Source of the DNA: a virus
Taxonomy: Duplodnaviria > Caudoviricetes
IMG/VR virus record: IMGVR_UViG_3300037195_001519
Coordinates: 1-33,147 of that record
DNA: 33,147 nucleotides
Strand: one strand, 5' to 3'
The translations under genes were made by a program, and so were the position numbers. Positions within the stretch are counted from its first letter, which is position 1. The number at the start of each line of letters is the position of its first letter. The notes beneath the pieces were generated by a model. The model made no database searches and was not told the DNA's origin. It worked only from the letters and a program-made list of their open reading frames with translations. This document shows, piece by piece, positions 1-10,243 of this stretch.

Positions 1-29
1 AGAAATGCTATCAGGTGGTGGCCCAAAAT

Positions 30-398
30 CTAAAATGTAATTCCAAAATCAACCCCTTTACTTGAGGGGTTATATTCGGCACTAAAAATACCAACCTTTG
101 CTTTTACCTTTTTCTCTTTTACAGAGTATCCAATTTTTAAGTCTTTTAATAATCCTTTGTCTTTAGTTATTGCATGGGAAATAGTTTCTATCTCATTAGA
201 ACTAAGTAGCTCAGTAGCCTTATCAAACTGCATTGCAACATAAGCAACCCCAATATCATCTTTTTTTGATTTTGTAATCTTTGTTACCTTTGCCGATAAA
301 TCCAATCCCATTTTAATATATTTTATTGCAACAAGCCTATTTTTTGGGATTAATATCCACAAAACAATCGCTTTAATCCATGTAATTATGTTTTTCAT
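30..398 (-). CDS. Lysis-cassette-associated membrane protein (possible spanin-like)
   Basis: Directly downstream of the endolysin, with AGGAG SD. Hydrophobic N-terminus (ITWIKAIVLWILIP) and C-terminal amphipathic beta-strands ending in Phe. Confidence 0.45.
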   Translation of the reverse strand: MKNIITWIKAIVLWILIPKNRLVAIKYIKMGLDLSAKVTKITKSKKDDIGVAYVAMQFDKATELLSSNEIETISHAITKDKGLLKDLKIGYSVKEKKVKAKVGIFSAEYNPSSKGVDFGITF

Positions 399-410
399 TT
401 TTTTACTCCT

Positions 411-875
411 TTAATTATAACTTTCATATTTCCCAGGCTCTCTAGAAATTAAAAAGTCGTTTTTATATTCTCGTCCTGGTATATTTATTGATATATGTAG
501 TTGTGGCTTTGGTTTTTTGTATAGGTATAGAATGCACTGTCTTATAGGCATATTCATGTCGAATATATGTTTAAAAATTTTCATAGGGTCATCAACATAA
601 AGAAATCTTGGGTCCACAGCATTCCCATACAAGTGATCGCTGTCTTCTGATCCACCAACTTTATGATTTAATTCTTTACTTCTTATCCATGAGTCTATAA
701 TACATACGCCAAACCCTAATCTAAGTGGATGTAAAACGGAATCAACTAATAATTCTGCAATGTCTAAATGCTTTGCCATTGGCTTTATTTTTAATGCCAA
801 TTCTGGATATGATGAGGACACCGTTAATTCGTTTGTTGAAAAAAAATTACTTCTCTTTGATATTAATGATGACAT
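411..875 (-). CDS. Endolysin, peptidase M15 family Zn metallopeptidase
   Basis: Motifs SWIRS..LN..VGGS..SDHLYGNAVD and QLHIS match the S-x-H...D...H Zn ligands of Peptidase_M15_3. Located at the end of the late operon. Confidence 0.85.
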   Translation of the reverse strand: MSSLISKRSNFFSTNELTVSSSYPELALKIKPMAKHLDIAELLVDSVLHPLRLGFGVCIIDSWIRSKELNHKVGGSEDSDHLYGNAVDPRFLYVDDPMKIFKHIFDMNMPIRQCILYLYKKPKPQLHISINIPGREYKNDFLISREPGKYESYN

Positions 876-881
876 AGGTGA

Positions 882-1184
882 TTACCTTATATTTTTTATT
901 ATGTAATCAATTTTAGAATTTGTTTCTGCGATTGATACATTGATCTTTTCCAGAACAGGTCGCATATCTTTTATCGATGACTGGTTCTCTTTAATGGTTG
1001 TGAAAATAACTTTCCTATCTTCAACATAAGGGGAGTATTTTGTTATTATTTCAACAACATCTTCTCTGCTGACTTTTTCTGGTCCTATAAGAAAATATCC
1101 AGGTGCTCCACCTAAAACAGCCCCTAATAGACCTGTAGCTACCATCTTCCAAACACCGTCAATGCCGGAAACGCCTGCTGGCAT
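882..1184 (-). CDS. Putative holin / membrane protein
   Basis: One N-terminal TM segment (MVATGLLGAVLGGAPGYFLIG) plus a coiled-coil tail, immediately upstream of the endolysin. Confidence 0.55.
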   Translation of the reverse strand: MPAGVSGIDGVWKMVATGLLGAVLGGAPGYFLIGPEKVSREDVVEIITKYSPYVEDRKVIFTTIKENQSSIKDMRPVLEKINVSIAETNSKIDYIIKNIR

Positions 1185-1185
1185 A

Positions 1186-2913
1186 TCACTTCTCTCCTAC
1201 TCTACTGACACCGATAGGAAGACCTCTTTCAATTAATGGGGGGAGACCCTTGGTTGCCTTAACGCCAGTTCTCAATAAAGCCTTTTGTGTTTTTGGGGAG
1301 GTAAGAAGAAGCGCGCCAACGCCTGCTTGTGGGCTTAGACTTGTACTTGCTTGTCCTGCTAAAAATAACCTTCCAATATTAGCAGCGCCTTGTCCTGATC
1401 CACTTCCACCACCGAGTCCTGGGAATATCTCTTCAAATGGCGCTCTTGCGACATTGTCTTTAAGCTCATCAATAAACTTAAGATTAGACGGCGATAAATC
1501 ATTTAACTCTTCAAATAGCTGTTGTGTTGTTCCATCTTTATTGTAAAGATTCCTTAAATTCCTTCCTACATTCTCATCTTTCATCTTTGATTGAAGGCGA
1601 TCTCTCAGACCTCTAACCTGTGAAAACTTTTGATTAACTTTTGCAAAAGAAGGCACTGCACTAGAGATATCAGAATTAATTTCTTGAGCAAGTGATTTCA
1701 ATATTCCTTGCCCTTCAGAACTTATTTTAGATACTGTTTGCGGGTCAAAGGCTGTCTTGGGGAGTTCATTGTTTATCTGGTTTTTAATGACATTTAATTT
1801 AGCAGCTTGAAGATTCCCTTTATCTTGTAGTAGTTTTTCTCTAAAACTTCTGATCAGTTTTAAATCAGACGCCTTTAACGACGTTTCACCTCCAAACTCT
1901 TTTTCAGCAACCATGTCATCTAATTTTTTAATTACTCGTTGAGAACTTATTTTTATATTGGCATTTCGTAATGCAGCCTTTTGTGCCCCCACCTCTTTTC
2001 CTGCTTCTTTGTTGATATGATTTATCGCGTTTTGAGCTTTCTTCCCCAGACCCTCAAATACCTTACTATCATATTTACCTTTAAATATAGACTGGCCTTT
2101 CAACTCTTTATCCAATGCTCTTTTATATGATTCTTGTGGAACAGAGGATAACACTTCACTGATAAATCCAGCAGACTTTTTAGTGAGAGGGGTCATTATT
2201 TTAGACATTAAGTTAATCCCCCCTCCAATAAGAGGTAATGCCATTGCAACAGCCCCAGCACTCACCCCTGCTTTTTTTGCATCATCAACCGACTTCTCTA
2301 AATTCTCCCCACTAGCAAGTTCTTCGACAAATCGTGAGGCAGAAACAGTTGGCGCTGTTGTTGCCCCTGTAATTGCTCCCTTAATTAATTTAGAAGCGAC
2401 TTTCCCTGCCTTCGTACCTTTAAAGGCCGGGTGTGCTTTTTGTAGTGCATTCAAGACTTTAGTGCCTCTGGCTGCTGGGATCATAAATGGAGCGAATTTT
2501 GCAAAATCAACTAACACTTTCTTTGCGTCGTCGCTTAGATTTTCTAAAACAATTTCTCTCTTTAAAAGACCCCTTTTTTCTTGATCTAGTCTTCTATCTA
2601 ATCTTTTCTGAACTGATTCAACACTAGTTAAATCCTCACCGGGACTTACCATGTCTAGTGTTTTTCCTATTGTATTCAAGACCACTCCAAGAAGAGGTAT
2701 GCTTGAAAGTTTTTCATCATATGCCTTTATTTGATCTAGCTTTTTTCTTAAAACCTGAATATCTTGAGGCTCTTTAGTTTCTTCTGTTTTCTCAATAAAC
2801 TCATTAGGGTCTAAACCTTCAGATCGAATATATTCAGATACAGTATCAAGGTCAGCACCTTGTTCTCCTAGAGACTGTATATTTTCAATAACCTGGTCTC
2901 TTGTTAACGCCAT
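1186..2913 (-). CDS. DNA ejection / internal virion protein (large)
   Basis: 575 aa, helical, with Ala/Gly-rich hydrophobic stretches. Third of three genes after the GNAT gene, as in P22 gp7-gp20-gp16. Confidence 0.65.
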   Translation of the reverse strand: MALTRDQVIENIQSLGEQGADLDTVSEYIRSEGLDPNEFIEKTEETKEPQDIQVLRKKLDQIKAYDEKLSSIPLLGVVLNTIGKTLDMVSPGEDLTSVESVQKRLDRRLDQEKRGLLKREIVLENLSDDAKKVLVDFAKFAPFMIPAARGTKVLNALQKAHPAFKGTKAGKVASKLIKGAITGATTAPTVSASRFVEELASGENLEKSVDDAKKAGVSAGAVAMALPLIGGGINLMSKIMTPLTKKSAGFISEVLSSVPQESYKRALDKELKGQSIFKGKYDSKVFEGLGKKAQNAINHINKEAGKEVGAQKAALRNANIKISSQRVIKKLDDMVAEKEFGGETSLKASDLKLIRSFREKLLQDKGNLQAAKLNVIKNQINNELPKTAFDPQTVSKISSEGQGILKSLAQEINSDISSAVPSFAKVNQKFSQVRGLRDRLQSKMKDENVGRNLRNLYNKDGTTQQLFEELNDLSPSNLKFIDELKDNVARAPFEEIFPGLGGGSGSGQGAANIGRLFLAGQASTSLSPQAGVGALLLTSPKTQKALLRTGVKATKGLPPLIERGLPIGVSRVGEK

Positions 2914-4197
2914 CTAGTTTTTCAACCTAAATCCTTTAAATATTCGATTACTACTTGGAATGTTATTTAGTTGATCATTGCTTATATCTAATTGACGAGT
3001 TTGTTCATTAAGTTGTTCTACAGGATCTTGTGGGGGAGTTCCTGGAACTGGCTTTTGTGACTCTTCTACTTCTTGAACTTCTTGTTTTTTTGATGACAGA
3101 TAAGTATTAACGTCTGTGGCATCTCCGTATTTAATTAAGCTCTCCATATCATTCACGATATCGATTGATCTTTGTAATTTAAATTGTATTGTTTCTGGCG
3201 TGTCTGTTGGGTTAACTGCGAACAGCGACCTAAAATTCTTTATCTCACTTTCAGGGACGGCAGCGCCAGACAAGGCCCTACCAAGACCTTCAGTGATAAG
3301 ATCTAGCCTAGCTGCAAACTGTTGAGAGAATTTTTTAGCCGGACCAATCCCTGCAATATTTGCTTTTAAAAAGTTGGAGGGATCTGTATTAAAATCTGAC
3401 AGTAGTTCTTGAGCGCCTTGTCTCGCTTTCTTAGCTACAGCAAATTTAGCAGCAGCCTCAGTTGTTAATGGCTTAGAAGGCTTAACCATAGTAACCTCTT
3501 GGTCTCCTGATCCCAATTTAATAAATGCTTGAGAAGGCAGGGACTGTAAGTCTGCGTCCGTAGCTTCTCTCGCTCCCTTACCTTGAAGATCTAAAACTTT
3601 CTTTTGAATATCTTTGCTTGGCTGTAACCCTGATGAGGCAGACAGGGATACTAGTTTGAATGCTCCTGTTTCAGGATCATATTCACTTACAGTATCCACT
3701 AGGTCGCCCACTTGAGCTAATCCTGATTTAACTAATGGGCTTGTTTCGTCTAATTTTCTTCCCTTAGAACTAACCTTTGCCTTGCTCCCAGAAATGGACA
3801 CATTATCAAACCCAGACATTACAGATGACAGTGTTGGGTTGTCTGTGAATTGCCCCTTAAATCCTTGGATTAAAGAATCTAAACCTTGCTGATCTTTGTT
3901 TTTAATGAACTGATTTGCGTTTTGTAGAAATGCTCCAAAAACTTTTTGCTCTTGTTCTGACTTAGCTTGTTGTTGAGCAAGTCTACTACGTTGGCCTAGT
4001 TGCTTAATTTGAACACCCGTTCCAAACTCCCCAGCTTTCAACAAAGCATCTCCGATTAATTCTTCTCGTGAAGTTGCATCAGGGGTGGGTCTACCAAGAA
4101 TCCCCTTTACTTCTCTTTGTAGGCCTAGTTGACGACCAAGTGCAGCCCCTTTACTGAACTCTGTTGCAAAGTTAGGGCCTAGTGGTATATTAGACAT
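2914..4197 (-). CDS. DNA ejection / internal virion protein (middle)
   Basis: 427 aa, Gln/Ala-rich and helical, with an R..SGAAVPESE motif. Synteny with the podovirus ejection trio. Confidence 0.65.
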   Translation of the reverse strand: MSNIPLGPNFATEFSKGAALGRQLGLQREVKGILGRPTPDATSREELIGDALLKAGEFGTGVQIKQLGQRSRLAQQQAKSEQEQKVFGAFLQNANQFIKNKDQQGLDSLIQGFKGQFTDNPTLSSVMSGFDNVSISGSKAKVSSKGRKLDETSPLVKSGLAQVGDLVDTVSEYDPETGAFKLVSLSASSGLQPSKDIQKKVLDLQGKGAREATDADLQSLPSQAFIKLGSGDQEVTMVKPSKPLTTEAAAKFAVAKKARQGAQELLSDFNTDPSNFLKANIAGIGPAKKFSQQFAARLDLITEGLGRALSGAAVPESEIKNFRSLFAVNPTDTPETIQFKLQRSIDIVNDMESLIKYGDATDVNTYLSSKKQEVQEVEESQKPVPGTPPQDPVEQLNEQTRQLDISNDQLNNIPSSNRIFKGFRLKN

Positions 4198-4214
4198 TTA
4201 TCACTCCTTTCATA

Positions 4215-4847
4215 TTAAGCCCCAAATAGTCCTAGTTGAGACCCTGCGCCCAACCCCTGTATTGGCAATGCTGATAAATTACTAAATAGTGAAGACTGAA
4301 TATCCCCGCGCCTTTGAGCTTCTTGACCAAGCACCCTTCCTCTTTGTAATGATAATTGTGATTGGACGTCACCAAACCCAGCTAATGTTTGAGTTCCTAA
4401 ATTAGCAGCTTGTCTTCCAAATCCTAAAGCACTACCTAATAATTGATCTCTTCTCCCTAACTCTTGCCCCGCTAAACGCTGTGTTAATCCAAGACTTTGC
4501 CTTACAGCTTCACCAGAGTTAAACAGCCCTCTTGCAGCTAAAGCCCTATTCAAAGCCCTTTCAGACTCTTCTTGTCTAAACCTAAACCCTTCAGTTGCTT
4601 CAATTGGCTTTGATATTTCTTCGGAAAGTATTCCAACGGCTTTTTCGCCCACTTCCCTAAACGGCCTTTGAGCCTCTAATTGTCTTTCAAATATTTTTTC
4701 TTGTGCTTCAAGCGCCTCTCGTTGACCTTGTAATTGCGCTCTAGCTGCTGATTTAGCTGCTCCCGTTTGCGCTCTTGCAGAAAGTACCGTTCCACCTGCT
4801 GCTAACCCCCCAGCCATTAATAGTGCTGTTGTCGTTCCAACTGCCAT
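4215..4847 (-). CDS. DNA transfer protein, P22 gp7-like
   Basis: N-terminus MAVGTTTALLMAGGLAAGGTVLS-A..AAKSAARAQ and GFRFR...RAL...AARG...SG. Start reassigned to the ATG at 4847 (TAATG overlap, AGGAG SD). Confidence 0.75.
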   Translation of the reverse strand: MAVGTTTALLMAGGLAAGGTVLSARAQTGAAKSAARAQLQGQREALEAQEKIFERQLEAQRPFREVGEKAVGILSEEISKPIEATEGFRFRQEESERALNRALAARGLFNSGEAVRQSLGLTQRLAGQELGRRDQLLGSALGFGRQAANLGTQTLAGFGDVQSQLSLQRGRVLGQEAQRRGDIQSSLFSNLSALPIQGLGAGSQLGLFGA

Positions 4848-5305
4848 TATAAAATCTCCTTGATACAATGGTATTGCAACTCAGAATACCCCCTTTTTTT
4901 TAGGAAAGGGATAAGTCTTTGGTTGCTAAATATAATATGAATAGCGTCGATACGACGGGTTTGCTTGAGGGTCTCCTCAAACGAGTTAAGTAACTCTATC
5001 ATAATTTTAACACGTTTTTTTGCTTTAAGCGAAGGATGGGCGTGCCAAAGAAGTTCGTCTGCCTGAATAAATGTATCATCCATGATAGAAGGGGTAATAG
5101 ATGCTCCGAATAATCCGTTTAATTTATTATCTTCAAAGTAACCCAAAAACAATCCTAACCCACTTTCCATCAACATGGACACTGTCTTTTTTACAGTCTC
5201 AGGGTTAAATCTACTTGTCCCCTTTTTGTATTTCATTATGTCGTAACACTCAGACATAAATTCTACAGAACTGTCTATATCTTCCTCTTTTAAAAGCCTG
5301 ATCAT
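4847..5305 (-). CDS. GNAT-fold virion assembly protein (P22 gp14 position)
   Basis: MIRLL.EEDI, ADELLWHAHP and L.KRGYS resemble the GNAT pattern. Lies between the needle and ejection genes. Confidence 0.7.
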   Translation of the reverse strand: MIRLLKEEDIDSSVEFMSECYDIMKYKKGTSRFNPETVKKTVSMLMESGLGLFLGYFEDNKLNGLFGASITPSIMDDTFIQADELLWHAHPSLKAKKRVKIMIELLNSFEETLKQTRRIDAIHIIFSNQRLIPFLKKRGYSELQYHCIKEIL

Positions 5306-5309
5306 GAAA

Positions 5310-6167
5310 TCAGTTTCCTGGAAACCATCTTATAATCAGAGCTTCTTGAACGATGTCGTCATTACTCGTAGCCTCTCCTGTACACTTTATTGTTACAGAG
5401 CCAGACAGTGATTCAGTGGCGGTATTATATGTAGCAGGGTCCATCGGTGTAGCGTCATCACTGTCTACTGATATAATGCATTTTTGAGTAGCTGCCGCTG
5501 TCCTTATAATAGTTGCTTTTAAATGCCAACTGGAACCATTAAAAGCCACAGCACCCGTAGAATATATTAAAGATGATCCGAAATATAGCTTTAATGTTTT
5601 ATTATTTGCATTTGCTGCCACGGTCCCAAATGCGGTTATTTCCAAATAATCTCCATTAGCACCCAATGTTTCAGCTGGAAGCGAATAAGCAATTAAATTA
5701 TCCTCTCCAGTCCCTACATTCCCTGTTTGTGTAGTGTCTGTTTTAAGCGCTTTAATTCTGTTGTCAACATAAACCTTGTTTGCTGCATGGTTATCTGATG
5801 AGGGCTGGTTTCCTAATGATATATTCCCAACGGTTACGTTTCCGTTTGCTATAGTTGGATTTGTAAGTGTTTTATTTGTTAATGTCTGAGTACTAACGGT
5901 TCCCACAACACTTCCTGATACCCCATGTACCGAGGAAGACCCTATATGTGTATCAATTTGAGAGTGTGTATTAGATCCAATATCAGATAAAGAGGTGTGA
6001 CTTTTTGTTTCCAAGTCAGCTAAATCTGAACCTGTTTTTGATATGTTATCCCAAGAAATAACGCCAATTGTAGTAACAATAGCATTAATCTGACGCTTTA
6101 CCTCTTCAAGCCATTTGCTTATCTCTCTAGGGTCAGTTGTTCTTGGAACTGGGGGGATAACAGTCAT
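5310..6167 (-). CDS. Tail needle-like / fibre protein (P22 gp26 position)
   Basis: Follows the gp10-like gene. Helical N-terminus, VHGVSGSVVGT..TQTLTNKTLT fibre motif, HAANKVYVD motif and a C-terminal beta domain. Confidence 0.6.
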   Translation of the reverse strand: MTVIPPVPRTTDPREISKWLEEVKRQINAIVTTIGVISWDNISKTGSDLADLETKSHTSLSDIGSNTHSQIDTHIGSSSVHGVSGSVVGTVSTQTLTNKTLTNPTIANGNVTVGNISLGNQPSSDNHAANKVYVDNRIKALKTDTTQTGNVGTGEDNLIAYSLPAETLGANGDYLEITAFGTVAANANNKTLKLYFGSSLIYSTGAVAFNGSSWHLKATIIRTAAATQKCIISVDSDDATPMDPATYNTATESLSGSVTIKCTGEATSNDDIVQEALIIRWFPGN

Positions 6168-7582
6168 TAATCCTCAACCTCTACATCTTCCTCTGCGCTA
6201 ACTAAAACAAAAGGGACTTGATCGGTTACAGATATTTCGTACTGCCTTGTACGATAAATGCCCATGGGTTCAAACGTAACAAAAAAATCATTATCGCCAA
6301 GTTTCCCTAAGCTGCCTTGTAAAAAATTTGACCAATTTAAATTTCCATCATCCTTATATCTAATCATTATAACAGGGTCAGCAGTAGCAGTTCCTTCTCC
6401 TCGTCTTAATCTGATGGTTATTCTATAAGATATTTTTCTCGCACTTGTGTCATGGTCGATATTACCTGTACTTCTTAAAAACCTAATTGTATTACCGTCA
6501 TAGGTGTAGCTATTTGATGTTAATTTGTAAATCTGGCCATCTTTTCTACTACCTACTAAGTTAATACCCCAATCTGGAGACTTTGCATGTGAATTCCCTA
6601 ACCACCTTTCAAACACCCCCGTCTTAGAGACCCAATTTCCCAACCTCGACCATGAGTTTAAAAAGTAGTCATAACAAATCGTCTCATCTTCTGTTGGGAA
6701 GTGAATGATGTAGAAATTTTTCCCTTCAACGGTAACGTCATCAGCTACGGCATCCGTTACGGTTGCAAAAGTGCTTATTAGTTTATCAAATGGCGTGGAC
6801 ATTATTTTAGGGGTTCTTCCCTCTAGTCTAACAAACCGCCTGTCCTCGTCTAACCAAAACAATGTATTATCAGCGCGGACTAAAGTATTCCCCGCTATAC
6901 ATCCTCTCTGAGTAAATCCACCTGACAACCTAGAAAAAGGAGTTGTCTCATCGTTATAAAAAACTTCTGTGCTTTGAGTGCCAAGCAAGTATATTTCTCT
7001 GTAAAACGCTGTCATAGCAACTAATTTATCCGGGAGGCTTTCAGCAGATACAAAATTTAAAGCACCCCAATTTGAATAATCGTTAACCTCAGAATGCCAT
7101 AGTTTACCCGTTTCATTTTCTATCGCTAAAATATATTGATCTAAAAAAGAAACATGGGACACGGCAGTTGGGGCGTCTGTATCCCCAATAAAAGAAGTGT
7201 TAGTTGTGCCGTCAGTAAAAACCATCTTTCCGCCATTAGCCATTACTAAAGTTGATCCGTTGTCCGTAAAAACAACCCTATTATTACCCCCTAGTTTATC
7301 CCCTGTTATTTCTGTGAAGGTTCCTACTTTATCTGTTATCTTAAAGACACGGCCATCGTTTACAGCGATAAATATCTTTTTATAATCCCACCAATAAATC
7401 CCTTGATTAAACTTGTTTGAGCCTGTCCCAAGGTCAACAAAATCTTGAAGTCCAGGGAATCGAATACTAGACCCCCCTTCATCAATATACCCATTGTAGA
7501 GTTCATCACTAAGTTTTGATAGAGATGCGCTATCAATGTTTTTGTAAGGTTTAGAATTTATAGGTATTTTTACACGTGGCAT
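6167..7582 (-). CDS. Tail hub / packaged DNA stabilization protein, P22 gp10-like
   Basis: Beta-propeller-like sequence with DNG..LV, FLDQY, SAESLPD, LGTQSTEVFYN, GCIA, LRY.DDG..WS and G.YR.RQYEI motifs. Start at the ATG at 7582 (TAATG). Confidence 0.85.
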   Translation of the reverse strand: MPRVKIPINSKPYKNIDSASLSKLSDELYNGYIDEGGSSIRFPGLQDFVDLGTGSNKFNQGIYWWDYKKIFIAVNDGRVFKITDKVGTFTEITGDKLGGNNRVVFTDNGSTLVMANGGKMVFTDGTTNTSFIGDTDAPTAVSHVSFLDQYILAIENETGKLWHSEVNDYSNWGALNFVSAESLPDKLVAMTAFYREIYLLGTQSTEVFYNDETTPFSRLSGGFTQRGCIAGNTLVRADNTLFWLDEDRRFVRLEGRTPKIMSTPFDKLISTFATVTDAVADDVTVEGKNFYIIHFPTEDETICYDYFLNSWSRLGNWVSKTGVFERWLGNSHAKSPDWGINLVGSRKDGQIYKLTSNSYTYDGNTIRFLRSTGNIDHDTSARKISYRITIRLRRGEGTATADPVIMIRYKDDGNLNWSNFLQGSLGKLGDNDFFVTFEPMGIYRTRQYEISVTDQVPFVLVSAEEDVEVED

Positions 7583-10239
7583 TATGCAGCGATATCCCCA
7601 AATGTTTTCCATGTTCCAGGGCTACCACTAGTTGTGCATACCCACCCCAAAGTCCCCCCAGCCGATGGGGTTGCATCAATCACGATATCTCCTTGCTTCC
7701 ATGCGCCTGAACCAGGGGCATTAGCCCCATAGGATAATGAGTTCAAAGACCTATTTACAAGACTACCTAAATTATAAGTTATGCTTGTTTCGTTTGTGGA
7801 AGTGAGGGCATCTCTATCTATATTTTGATTATTGGATTCAAATAGACTTGTTATTGTCCCTACCGAATAAACCCTTGATTGAGTAGCCGAGCTTTGATTG
7901 TCACCCAACACATTATCTTGAAAGAAAACAGTGTCAAATGTATTGATATAAACGGAGGAATCCGTATCTGTACTACCTGTAGTTGTTTGAGCATTATTAA
8001 TGGATATGTTTCCTTTAACCTCTAAAACATACTCAACTGAGGCTGTCCCTGTCAGAGTCATTCCACAACCATTAGAATAATAAATTTTGTTATTATTGAA
8101 AGAATAAAAAACAGCAGTTGTGAAGTTAGGGGTTGCGCTATCTGAAAATGAAATACCATGACTTCCTGATCGAATAATTGTATTGTTATTTATATTTATA
8201 AATTCAGCATTTACCGCTATTAAAGAAATAGAACCCCTATTCAACGTATTTCCTGATATATTAACGCTATTTAAAAAATTTCCTACACCTGTGTTGTTTC
8301 TAACAACGATACCATTTCCTGAGCTTTGTGATCCGCTTGGGGCATAAGTACTATTATTAACAATATCTAAATTAACTTTTTCGCTCGCTGTTCGAGTGAA
8401 TATATAAAAATAAAATATTCCATCCGAATGATTAGTATGTTCGGTATGTATTTTATTGTTACTAAATAGTAAATTGGAATCATTTTTAATAGTTCCACAT
8501 GATCCATTTCCTCCAAAGTCAATTAATCCCCGGCTAGACGCCCCTACTTCGATAGCATACATATCATTATTAGAAATTTTAAAATTAAAACCAAGACATT
8601 CAGCTGCATATATTAGGTTTGATGCGTTTGCCTGTCTTATTTTATTGTTAGTTATAGTTAGTTTGTCCCCACCAATGTTAAGGCCTCCGTTAATGATGTT
8701 ATTATCCACAAATATATGCTCTGCATTTCCGTGAATATCAAAACCTAAAACCCCGCCACCAGTTGTACCCAATGTGTTAATTTCATTTCCTACAACCTGA
8801 ATGTCTCTATTTGATACACATCCTGTATAATCTCCACCACCCATAGTAAGTCCATGTCTCGATGAGGCAATGAAAGAATTGGATATGATTATTTTTTGAG
8901 AGTTAGATATCCCCAGCCCATAATTATTTCCTGATGGAGTTGAATAATGGTGGAACTTGAATTTATCAAGCACCATGTCATAACATTGTCTAAATTCTAA
9001 TCCAGTAAGATTGGTGTTATCTGTTTTTACGTTTTCAACTACCCCATCAACCCCATATCTTACAATAATACCGTATACAGCATTCTTAGATTTTACTTGA
9101 AAGTTTTTTAAAATATTTATTGTTGGCGTTATTTTGTAAATACCAGTTGTCCCCCCAGCGGTATATGCGTCATATAGTGGCTTTGATAGGGTTATAACAT
9201 TACCGCTAATTTGCTGAACCTTAACAAATTCACCGGCTCTATACTCGTTCCTTACAGCGTTAAAGGTAGCATTTGTACTATTGTAAACAATCAGTACATC
9301 ACCAACTGATAATGATGGGTCGCTAGAAAAAGTTATTTGATGATCACCTTCGGATAGATTTCCAGAAAAAGAAGGCAGAGCACTGCCTAAAGAACCAGCA
9401 ACATATAAACAAGCCCCATTTGTAAATGTTCCACTAGAGCTAGAATAGTCTAGTATAGTGTTTTTTATGCCGTCTCCTACAAGGTTAACTTTATCCTTTA
9501 AGTCAACCTCAGCATCTATGCTATACGTTCCACCTGATAGCTTAATAGTGCCTGAAGTAATTGAGTCAATACAATCCTGTAAGTATGTTGCGTTGTTCGC
9601 TCCAGTTTCGGTGGCTAAAAACCCAAACCATTCAGGATAATATTGTTGGACAAACCCCTCTCCAAATCTAACAGACCCAGTTCCAACCAATGTAAAGATA
9701 TCTAGTACAGGGGCTATAAATGGTCCATTAATCGTCAATGTTATTCCTGTAGATATTGATAATGTTGCCCCTGAAACAATCTCTAACTCAATGTTTGCGG
9801 GAACAGTAACATTAGCATCAATTGTAAACGCCCCTTGTTTTAAAACTAACTTACGTTTGTTCGCTCCAATATCTGTGATCGCAGCATTTATCGTTGAAGA
9901 ATCTAAGCTGCCATCTTCGTAATCTGTGGCATTAACAATAGTTCCGCTAGGGAAACTATCTACATAATATGTATTGTCTGAAAACTCATCTAATTTAACG
10001 TCATTACTATCATAAATCTCTACCTTTAACGTTCCGTCATAATAAACCTCGGTAGACGGAAGACCAAGCGTGTTTAACGTAACTTCCGTAACAGTAGGAC
10101 CAGTTTTGTCAGAAGCAGTATAGACTGCCCTCGCATCACTTGTGCCAACGTCAAAAAACTTTAACTTACCGTTATTCAACGGATTGCCATTAGCATCAAT
10201 AAAACTCTGGTTTGCTATTTGAACTGCTCTAGCGCCCAT
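7582..10239 (-). CDS. Tailspike / receptor-binding protein with right-handed beta-helix
   Basis: N-terminal particle-binding motif FIDANGNPL..GKL.FF..GT, pectin-lyase-like Asn/Ile repeats, and C-terminal P..G.W.QGD....P..GG..GWVCT..G.PGTWK.FG. Confidence 0.85.
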   Translation of the reverse strand: MGARAVQIANQSFIDANGNPLNNGKLKFFDVGTSDARAVYTASDKTGPTVTEVTLNTLGLPSTEVYYDGTLKVEIYDSNDVKLDEFSDNTYYVDSFPSGTIVNATDYEDGSLDSSTINAAITDIGANKRKLVLKQGAFTIDANVTVPANIELEIVSGATLSISTGITLTINGPFIAPVLDIFTLVGTGSVRFGEGFVQQYYPEWFGFLATETGANNATYLQDCIDSITSGTIKLSGGTYSIDAEVDLKDKVNLVGDGIKNTILDYSSSSGTFTNGACLYVAGSLGSALPSFSGNLSEGDHQITFSSDPSLSVGDVLIVYNSTNATFNAVRNEYRAGEFVKVQQISGNVITLSKPLYDAYTAGGTTGIYKITPTINILKNFQVKSKNAVYGIIVRYGVDGVVENVKTDNTNLTGLEFRQCYDMVLDKFKFHHYSTPSGNNYGLGISNSQKIIISNSFIASSRHGLTMGGGDYTGCVSNRDIQVVGNEINTLGTTGGGVLGFDIHGNAEHIFVDNNIINGGLNIGGDKLTITNNKIRQANASNLIYAAECLGFNFKISNNDMYAIEVGASSRGLIDFGGNGSCGTIKNDSNLLFSNNKIHTEHTNHSDGIFYFYIFTRTASEKVNLDIVNNSTYAPSGSQSSGNGIVVRNNTGVGNFLNSVNISGNTLNRGSISLIAVNAEFININNNTIIRSGSHGISFSDSATPNFTTAVFYSFNNNKIYYSNGCGMTLTGTASVEYVLEVKGNISINNAQTTTGSTDTDSSVYINTFDTVFFQDNVLGDNQSSATQSRVYSVGTITSLFESNNQNIDRDALTSTNETSITYNLGSLVNRSLNSLSYGANAPGSGAWKQGDIVIDATPSAGGTLGWVCTTSGSPGTWKTFGDIAA

Positions 10240-10243
10240 ATCT

